A DNA stretch of 64,000 bases from Spirochaetia bacterium. Lineage in GTDB: Bacteria > Spirochaetota > Spirochaetia > UBA9216. Position 1 is the first letter of the stretch. The number at the start of each line of letters is the position of its first letter. This document shows positions 57,124-64,000 of the stretch, in pieces. The stretch is taken from contig OZ223269.1 in NCBI GenBank assembly GCA_965140585.1, positions 1,120,001 through 1,184,000 of the forward strand, in the 5' to 3' direction. The translations under genes and the position numbers were made by a program. A model generated the notes under the pieces. That model searched no databases, was not told the DNA's origin, and saw only the letters and a list, made by a program, of their open reading frames with translations.

Positions 57124-58677
57124 ATGGCAGCCGGTGGTTTAGCTGATGCTATAAGACAGTTAGTTCAGGATAAAGGAATTTCAGAAGATCTGGTTATAAA
57201 AACCATCGAAGATTTTCTGCTTGCAGCATATAAGAAAACTTTTGGTACTGTAGACAACGCAGTAGTTCAGTTCAGTGAAGACGGTGCGGAAGTTGAACTT
57301 TTCGCAAAAAAGGAAATTGTAGACGGCGTTTACGATCCCGTTTCCGAAATTGAACTGGAAGATGCTCTCAAGCTTAATGAAGACTGTGAAGTGGGAGATG
57401 AACTTCTCATACCCATTGATCCGATGGATTTCGATCGGGTAGCGGTACAGAGTGCAAAACAGAAAGCCAAGCAGACCCTTCGTGAAATACAGAAGGATAC
57501 CCTGTTTTCTGAATATAATGAAAAACTTGGAGAGATGATAATCGGATATTACCAGCGTGAACGCAATGGCAATATCTACGTTGATCTCGGAAAAACCGAA
57601 GGCATACTGCCCAAACGTTTTCAGTCTCCCCGTGAAATATACCGGCCTAATGACCGTATCAAGGCTTTGATCTATGAAATTAACAAGTCTCCCAGCGGTC
57701 TGCAGATCATTCTCTCAAGAACTCATACAGACTTTGTAAAAAGAGTATTTGAACTTGAGGTTCCGGAAATATACGATAAGACCGTTGAAATCTTTAAAAT
57801 AGTCAGAGAACCCGGATACAGAACCAAAATTGCAGTTTACTCAAACCGTGATGATGTAGATCCCGTTGGTGCATGTGTCGGTATGAAGGGTGTACGAATC
57901 CAGGCAATCGTGCGTGAGCTGGAAGGTGAGAAGATTGATATACTTAAATACGATCTTGATCCGCGGGTTTTCATCAAGAATGCTCTTTCACCGGCAGAAG
58001 TCAATGACATAATCGTACTTGATGAGGCAAAAAGACAGGCCCTTGCAATAGTTGCTGAAAGTCAGCTTTCTCTTGCAATCGGTAAGCAAGGACTTAACGT
58101 CAGACTTGCCAACAGACTTGTTGACTGGAACATAGATGTTAAAACTGAAGCTCAGTTTGATGAACTTGATATTGCAGTTGAATCCAGAAAGGCAGTTTCA
58201 GAACTTTTTGGTGATATTGATGAAACTGAAGAGATTACAGCCATAGCCGAGCTTCCGGGTATTACAGAAAGAATCGTCGATTCACTGCAGGCCAACGACA
58301 TTGAGCTGATAGAAGAGCTTGTCGCTATGCAGGATGAGGAACTTGAGAAAATTGAAAACCTCAGTACTGAAGATGTAGCACTGATAAAGTCTATCATAGC
58401 CGAGAATGTTGACATTATCGAAGAAGAAGAAGATTATATAGAAAGTCAGGATGCCGAGGATGATGAATACTACGAAGACGAGGCATATGACGAGGAAGAA
58501 GTCTCCGACTCAGAGGACTCCGGTGATGATGCTGAAACCGAAGAGGAAGATGATGAGGATGATGACGACGAAGGATATGAGTGCCCTGAGTGCGGCTCTC
58601 CAATTACTCTTGAAATGACATCCTGTCCTAACTGTGGTGTAGGAATCAGTTTTGAAATAGAGGATGATGAGGAATAA
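57124..58677 (+). CDS. nusA: Transcription termination factor NusA with acidic tail and C-terminal zinc ribbon
   Basis: S1/KH motifs (SRT, FELEVPEI, REPGYRTK, GACVG, AIGKQGLNVRLA) and tail CPECG..CPNCG. Confidence 0.97.
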   Translation: MAAGGLADAIRQLVQDKGISEDLVIKTIEDFLLAAYKKTFGTVDNAVVQFSEDGAEVELFAKKEIVDGVYDPVSEIELEDALKLNEDCEVGDELLIPIDPMDFDRVAVQSAKQKAKQTLREIQKDTLFSEYNEKLGEMIIGYYQRERNGNIYVDLGKTEGILPKRFQSPREIYRPNDRIKALIYEINKSPSGLQIILSRTHTDFVKRVFELEVPEIYDKTVEIFKIVREPGYRTKIAVYSNRDDVDPVGACVGMKGVRIQAIVRELEGEKIDILKYDLDPRVFIKNALSPAEVNDIIVLDEAKRQALAIVAESQLSLAIGKQGLNVRLANRLVDWNIDVKTEAQFDELDIAVESRKAVSELFGDIDETEEITAIAELPGITERIVDSLQANDIELIEELVAMQDEELEKIENLSTEDVALIKSIIAENVDIIEEEEDYIESQDAEDDEYYEDEAYDEEEVSDSEDSGDDAETEEEDDEDDDDEGYECPECGSPITLEMTSCPNCGVGISFEIEDDEE

Positions 58678-58705
58678 AAACAAACACGCTGTTTGAAGGA
58701 ATTTT

Positions 58706-61700
58706 ATGTCAGAAGAAATAGAAAAGAAAAATTTACCCAAAGCGACTTTAATAAAACACAAGAAGACGCCGCAGGAATCTGATGCTTCCAAGAACGAAAA
58801 GAAAAAAGTAGTTGTTGTAAAGAAGAAGAAGAAACCTGTAGTAAAAGCCGTACCTGCGTCAGGAAATGATTCATCCGACTCAAAGGATAAGAATATTCGC
58901 GTCCGCACAGATGAATCCTCCAAGGCTGCTGGTCGAAATGAGCGTCCTCAGGGCGGCTCAAGAAAAGGCAGAGCTCAGGATGATCTTTATTCACCTAATC
59001 AGGCGGTTAAAGAAAGTGCTGAAACCGCAGCACCTGTTTCTGAACCTTCTTCTGACAATAAACAGGAAACACGTGAAAACAGTCCCCGGGAAAGATTCAG
59101 CAGGGACAATAACAGCGAAAACAGAAGCACATACCAGGGCGATCGCGACAGCGGTGGATACCAGGGTAATCGCCAGGGTGGAGGATACCAGGGCAACCGC
59201 GACGGCGGAAGCGGATACCAGGGCAATCGTCAGGGCGGGGGCTATCAGGGCAACCGCGACGGCGGAAGCGGATACCAGGGCAATCGCCAGGGTGGAAGTG
59301 GATACCAGGGTAATCGTCAGGGCGGCGGCTATCAGGGCAACCGCGACGGCGGAAGCGGATACCAGGGTAATCGTCAGGGCGGCGGCTATCAGGGCAACCG
59401 CGACGGCGGAAGCGGATACCAGGGTAATCGTCAAGGCGGGGGCTATCAGGGCAACCGCGACGGCGGAAGCGGATACCAGGGTAATCGTCAGGGCGGCGGC
59501 TATCAGGGCAACCGCGACGGCGGAAGCGGATACCAGGGTAATCGTCAAGGCGGGGGCTATCAGGGCAACCGCGACGGCGGAAGCGGATACCAGGGTAATC
59601 GTCAAGGCGGGGGCTATCAGGGCAACCGCGACGGCGGAAGCGGATACCAGGGTAATCGTCAGGGCGGAAGCGGATACCAGGGCAATCGCCAGGGCGGAAG
59701 CGGATACCAGGGTAATCGTCAGGGCGGAAGCGGATACCAGGGTAATCGTCAGGGCGGAAGCGGATACCAGGGCAATCGACCGGCAGGCGGCGGATACCAG
59801 GGACGACCCGGAGGTCCAAGGCCGGGAGGTCCCAGACCAGGCGGACCCGGAAGACCCGGAGCAGCAGGTCCGGCACCCGATTCCCAGGAAAACAAGAAAA
59901 GCGCGGGAAGAAAGGTTTTTAAAACCAAGAAGAAGACTGACTACAAAAAGAAGGACGACGTTCAGGAAAGAGATTTTCAGATCAAGAAAAAGACTGTTCA
60001 GCGTGCTAACCCCGTTCCTTCTGAAATTGAAATGATGGAAGTCATCACAGTTTCTGATCTTGCAAGAAAAATGAATCTTAAGGCATCAGAACTCATAGGC
60101 AAGCTTATGGGTATGGGTATGATGGTTACTATAAATCAGCAAATTGATGCTGAAACAGCCGAAATACTCGCTGCTGAATATAACTGTAAGGTAAAAATTG
60201 TTTCTCTTTATGATGAAACAATCATAGAAAGCGAAAAGGATGAGGAATCAGATCTTAAACCAAGATCTCCAATTGTAACTGTCATGGGTCATGTAGACCA
60301 TGGTAAGACCAAACTCCTTGATGCAATACGAAAAACTGACAAAGTTGCCGATGAACATGGTGGAATTACACAGCACATTGGTGCATACAAAGTGGCTCTC
60401 GACCAGGGTTCAATAGTGTTCCTTGATACGCCGGGTCATGAAGCTTTTACTCTGATGCGTGCCCGTGGTGCACAGGTAACTGACATAGTAGTTCTTGTTG
60501 TAGCTGCAAATGACGGCGTTATGCCTCAAACAATTGAAGCTATCAACCACGCAAAAGAAGCTAAAGTACCTATAATAATCGCAGTAAACAAATGTGATTT
60601 ACCCGAAGCAAACCCGGACAGAGTTAAGCAGCAGCTTTCAGAGTACGAACTCATCCCTGAAGACTGGGGCGGCTCCACTTTATTCTGTGAAATATCAGCA
60701 CTTAAAGGAACAGGAGTTCAGGAGCTATTGGATACTATTCTTCTTCAGGCAGAAATCCTTGAGCTTAAGGCTAATTATGACTGCCGTGCAGAAGGAAAGG
60801 TTATAGAATCCAGAGTTGACCAGGGACGCGGTATTGTTTCTTCTGTAATTATAGAGAGAGGAACACTCAAAGTCGGCGATACCTTCGTAGCCGGAGTATT
60901 CCCCGGTAAGGTTAGAGCACTTTTTGATGATAAGGGAGATAAAATCGATGAGGCGGGTCCCGCAACACCGGTTGAAATACTTGGTTTCTCAGGTATTGCC
61001 AGTGCGGGTGCTCCATTTCAGGTAACTGAAAACGAAAGAACTGCCAGACAGGTCGGTGAAAAAAGGCAGGAACTTGAAAAGCTTGGTAAGGCTGAAAACC
61101 TCAGTAAAGTTACACTTGATAACCTTTACGATTCCATTCAGGACGGTGCAGTTCAGGAACTCAAGGTTATCATCAAGGGAGATGTGCACGGTTCAGTAGA
61201 AGCCCTGCAGTCAAGCCTTAAGAAGCTCAGCACTGATGAAATCAGGCTTGTTCCAATTCATGCCTCTGCAGGTGCTATTGTTGAAAACGATGTAACACTT
61301 GCTTCTGCATCTAATGCCATTATCATTGGTTTCCATGTTAGACCTACAGCCAAGGCGCTTGTTCTTGCTGAACAGGAAAAGGTTGATATCAGAAAATACA
61401 ACATTATTTACGATGCTGTTGCAGATATAAAAGCAGCCATGGAAGGAATGCTTGCACCGGAATTATCAGAAGAGACCATCGGTACTGTTGAAGTCCGTGA
61501 TGTCTTCAAGGTTCCAAAAATCGGACTTATCGCAGGATGTTATGTCCTTTCAGGTAAGGTAAAACGTAATGAGCAGGCTCATGTTATCCGTGACGGTGTA
61601 ATTATTCATTCCGGAAAGATTACATCACTTAAACGATTTAAGGATGATGCAAAAGAAGTTGATGCAGGTTATGAATGTGGTATCGGCATTGAAAATTATG

Positions 61701-61768
61701 CTGATGTACAGGTCGGCGATCAGTTTGAAGTTTTCATCATCAAGGAAACAGCAAGGAACCTGAGCTGA
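58706..61768 (+). CDS. infB: Translation initiation factor IF-2
   Basis: Motifs [30 protein letters not shown] and SLKRFKDD. Confidence 0.97.
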   Translation: MSEEIEKKNLPKATLIKHKKTPQESDASKNEKKKVVVVKKKKKPVVKAVPASGNDSSDSKDKNIRVRTDESSKAAGRNERPQGGSRKGRAQDDLYSPNQAVKESAETAAPVSEPSSDNKQETRENSPRERFSRDNNSENRSTYQGDRDSGGYQGNRQGGGYQGNRDGGSGYQGNRQGGGYQGNRDGGSGYQGNRQGGSGYQGNRQGGGYQGNRDGGSGYQGNRQGGGYQGNRDGGSGYQGNRQGGGYQGNRDGGSGYQGNRQGGGYQGNRDGGSGYQGNRQGGGYQGNRDGGSGYQGNRQGGGYQGNRDGGSGYQGNRQGGSGYQGNRQGGSGYQGNRQGGSGYQGNRQGGSGYQGNRPAGGGYQGRPGGPRPGGPRPGGPGRPGAAGPAPDSQENKKSAGRKVFKTKKKTDYKKKDDVQERDFQIKKKTVQRANPVPSEIEMMEVITVSDLARKMNLKASELIGKLMGMGMMVTINQQIDAETAEILAAEYNCKVKIVSLYDETIIESEKDEESDLKPRSPIVTVMGHVDHGKTKLLDAIRKTDKVADEHGGITQHIGAYKVALDQGSIVFLDTPGHEAFTLMRARGAQVTDIVVLVVAANDGVMPQTIEAINHAKEAKVPIIIAVNKCDLPEANPDRVKQQLSEYELIPEDWGGSTLFCEISALKGTGVQELLDTILLQAEILELKANYDCRAEGKVIESRVDQGRGIVSSVIIERGTLKVGDTFVAGVFPGKVRALFDDKGDKIDEAGPATPVEILGFSGIASAGAPFQVTENERTARQVGEKRQELEKLGKAENLSKVTLDNLYDSIQDGAVQELKVIIKGDVHGSVEALQSSLKKLSTDEIRLVPIHASAGAIVENDVTLASASNAIIIGFHVRPTAKALVLAEQEKVDIRKYNIIYDAVADIKAAMEGMLAPELSEETIGTVEVRDVFKVPKIGLIAGCYVLSGKVKRNEQAHVIRDGVIIHSGKITSLKRFKDDAKEVDAGYECGIGIENYADVQVGDQFEVFIIKETARNLS
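59131..59805 (+). repeat. Coding tandem repeat in infB: 27/30-bp units (57-bp higher-order unit) encoding GG(S)GYQGNR(Q/D)
   Basis: About 22 YQGNR units plus degenerate flanking copies. Units are near-identical at the DNA level. Confidence 0.95.
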
Positions 61769-61783
61769 ATCAGGAGAATTTAA

Positions 61784-62161
61784 ATGGCTGAGTACAGACT
61801 TCAGAGAGTAGAGAACCTGCTCAGAGAAGAAATAAGCAGCATGATTATGCGCGGTGTTATTAAAGACCCGCGCATAAGTACGCTTACTTCTATAACCAGA
61901 ATTGAGGTATCTAACGATCTTTCCCATGCTAAAGTTTTCATTTCAGGCTTTGAAAATGAAAATAAGATAAAGAAATGCGTTGATGCACTTAACCACGCAT
62001 CAGGCTATATTCAGAAACAGCTTGGAAAAAAAATGCATACCAGATCTACACCAAAACCGCATTTTATATTTGATACCTCAATCAAAGACGGTTTCGAGAT
62101 GACCCGTAAACTGGAAGATCTCGAAATTACCCCGGAATCTGATACGGAGAATACGGAATAG
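61784..62161 (+). CDS. rbfA: 30S ribosome-binding factor A
   Basis: Motifs IKDPRI, VSNDLSHAKV and TPKPHF.FD.S. Follows infB. Confidence 0.93.
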   Translation: MAEYRLQRVENLLREEISSMIMRGVIKDPRISTLTSITRIEVSNDLSHAKVFISGFENENKIKKCVDALNHASGYIQKQLGKKMHTRSTPKPHFIFDTSIKDGFEMTRKLEDLEITPESDTENTE

Positions 62162-62166
62162 TCAAT

Positions 62167-63066
62167 TTGAGCGAAGCAAACGGGATTATTCTCCTGAAAA
62201 AAACTTCCGGCCTTACATCATTTAAGGCATTGAGCGGTATAAAGCGAGTTTTGAAAGAGCATTCCGGAAATAAGGTTAAGGTAGGTCATACCGGAACACT
62301 TGACCAGTTTGCATCAGGACTTCTTGTTGTTCTTTCAGGCAAATATACACGGCTGAATCAGATATTCTCAGGATTTGACAAGAAATACAGTGCAGTAATA
62401 AAATTCGGAGAAACAACTGAAACCCTGGATCCGGAAGGGGCTGTCATCGGAACTGGATTGATACCTGATTTGACATTAATCACTGAAAAGATAGAAACTT
62501 TTAAAGGCTCAATAGAGCAGATACCTCCCAAATATTCGGCGGTACATGTTAATGGGAAAAGAGCATATAAGATGGCTTTAAAGGGGCAGGAAGTGAATAT
62601 TCCTTCCCGTAAAGTTTATATTTATTCTTTTGAAGTAACTTCCTGGCAGAGCCCTTTCTTAAGCGTGGATATTCATTGTTCAAAGGGTACTTATATAAGA
62701 TCACTGGCAAGAGATCTTGGACAGTCATGCGGTACCTGCGCATATCTGACGGAATTGAAACGAACAGAAGTTGGCCCTTTCAGTCTTAACGATGCAGTCA
62801 GTGAAACAGAATTTAATCCTGAATCAAATTTTCTTGACAGCAGGGCTGCAATAGAAGCAATTTATAAACATAACATGAGTATCGGTATACTCGAATTAAA
62901 GCAGGAAAGACGGCAGGATATAACTCACGGGTCATTACCTGATGATTCATTTTTTGATAATAAACCTGAATTTGATGGAACCTACGCCGTTTACAGCAAT
63001 GAGACCTTATGTGCGGTTATTGAATATTCTAACAATAATTACAGATATTTAATGGTGACTTTATAG
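62167..63066 (+). CDS. truB: tRNA pseudouridine(55) synthase
   Basis: Motifs KVGHTGTLD, PPKYSA, CSKGTYIRSLARD and L.RT.VG.F. Confidence 0.95.
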   Translation: MSEANGIILLKKTSGLTSFKALSGIKRVLKEHSGNKVKVGHTGTLDQFASGLLVVLSGKYTRLNQIFSGFDKKYSAVIKFGETTETLDPEGAVIGTGLIPDLTLITEKIETFKGSIEQIPPKYSAVHVNGKRAYKMALKGQEVNIPSRKVYIYSFEVTSWQSPFLSVDIHCSKGTYIRSLARDLGQSCGTCAYLTELKRTEVGPFSLNDAVSETEFNPESNFLDSRAAIEAIYKHNMSIGILELKQERRQDITHGSLPDDSFFDNKPEFDGTYAVYSNETLCAVIEYSNNNYRYLMVTL

Positions 63067-63069
63067 ATT

Positions 63070-63855
63070 ATGCATATAATTGGATGGAATGAATTACTGA
63101 AAAACGGGCTTCCTCTCCAGCAGGAGATCTCTCTTACTGTTGGCGTTTTTGACGGAGTTCACAGAGGACACAGGCAGCTGATTGATTGTCTGAAAACAAG
63201 GGAAGGAACGTTACCCGTTGTAGCAACCTTCAAATCTAATCCTATTCTGCTATTCAGACCTGATCTGTATAAAGGTGACATTCTCACTTATGAACAGAAG
63301 CTTGACCGGCTGGTTGAGGCTGGCTGCGCCTCAATCATTCTAATTGACTTTTCTCCAGAATTCAGTAAACTGTCAGGAAGGGATTTCTTCAATTGTCTTA
63401 AAGATTCGATGAAACTCAGCCATCTGGTACTTGGAAAAGACCATAAGCTTGGCCGGAACGGAGATACTTCATCAGAAATGGCAAGAGAGCGGCTGGAACC
63501 TCAGGGAATAAAGGTTGATATCGTTGAACCGCTGATAGACGGCGATTTACCGGTAAGCAGTACAAGAATAAGGAATTCCATTGAGGAAGGCGATTTTAAT
63601 ACTGCCGAAAAGCTTTTAGGCTGCCGCCATGAATTGAACATAGAGGGCATCAGTCCCGTAACAGAGAATAACTCCTCCTGGTACAGGAGAAGAGATATTA
63701 AACAGGTGCTGCCGTTATTCGGACGATATGCTGTAGAATACGATAACAGCGGCTTTACCTTCGCCACAACGATTCAGATTACGGAAGACCGGCTGATAGT
63801 GGAAAATCTGCCGGATTTTAAATCTGACAAACTAAAAATTTTTAATCTTTTGTAG
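63070..63855 (+). CDS. ribF: FAD synthetase (FMN adenylyltransferase domain) with a divergent C-terminus
   Basis: Motifs [10 protein letters not shown] and VSSTRIR. The canonical riboflavin-kinase GxxxGxPTAN motif is not seen. Confidence 0.8.
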   Translation: MHIIGWNELLKNGLPLQQEISLTVGVFDGVHRGHRQLIDCLKTREGTLPVVATFKSNPILLFRPDLYKGDILTYEQKLDRLVEAGCASIILIDFSPEFSKLSGRDFFNCLKDSMKLSHLVLGKDHKLGRNGDTSSEMARERLEPQGIKVDIVEPLIDGDLPVSSTRIRNSIEEGDFNTAEKLLGCRHELNIEGISPVTENNSSWYRRRDIKQVLPLFGRYAVEYDNSGFTFATTIQITEDRLIVENLPDFKSDKLKIFNLL

Positions 63856-63865
63856 GGAGTATACA

Positions 63866-64000
63866 ATGTTAACAAAAGAACGCAAGCAGGCGATTATAGC
63901 AGAATTTGGACTCAACGATAAGGACACAGGTTCAACTGAGGTTCAGATTGCACTGCTTACAGCAAGAATTCAGGATTTAACTGATCACTTTAAAGAGCAC
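63866..64000 (+). CDS. rpsO: 30S ribosomal protein S15 (3'-truncated by the window edge)
   Basis: GGGAG SD; translates as [45 protein letters not shown]. Confidence 0.95.
   Translation, partial: MLTKERKQAIIAEFGLNDKDTGSTEVQIALLTARIQDLTDHFKEH

Noticed and set aside
59131-59805. Tandem repeat considered as a CRISPR array
   Set aside because: There are no unique spacers, unit lengths are multiples of 3 and in frame within infB, and no cas genes are present.
58866-60035. Long alternative-frame ORFs (389, 259 and 204 aa) over the infB repeat
   Set aside because: They are by-products of a stop-free repeat within a bona fide gene.

Overview
This is a gene-dense chromosomal window, most likely from a free-living spirochaete (Spirochaetia). 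The evidence is the tmk / tamB-bamA-skp-mutS-comF-rimP-nusA-infB-rbfA-truB-ribF-rpsO block, whose gene order I recall from Borrelia and relatives, plus several lipobox lipoproteins. The left third carries trkA/trkH, glutamine-dependent nadE, a secreted Zn-phospholipase C/HET-C-fold protein, a PAP2 phosphatase and the MrfA/MrfB-like helicase-exonuclease pair. It is followed by an accessory stretch (about 9.3-19.2 kb) of mostly uncharacterised surface, membrane and signalling genes, and then a class II ribonucleotide reductase with NrdR boxes. The middle holds housekeeping, transport and lipid genes and a TetR/MFP/RND/TolC efflux locus. I found no rRNA, tRNA, CRISPR array, transposase, integrase or reverse transcriptase. 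The most notable observations: (1) a split RND-TolC locus whose two arms share an 18-bp operator and which includes a large acidic lipoprotein with an internal duplication and Ca-binding-like motifs; (2) a polytopic membrane protein ending in an OmpR-like winged helix with a 4-Cys insert, flanked by lipoproteins; (3) repeated leaderless-promoter architecture (-10 hexamer exactly 6 nt before the start codon); (4) a very long GYQGNR low-complexity repeat in IF2; (5) a transglutaminase-TPR + vWA gene pair; (6) a probable CTG start for tamB. All functional calls come from motif recognition by eye; no database searches were run.
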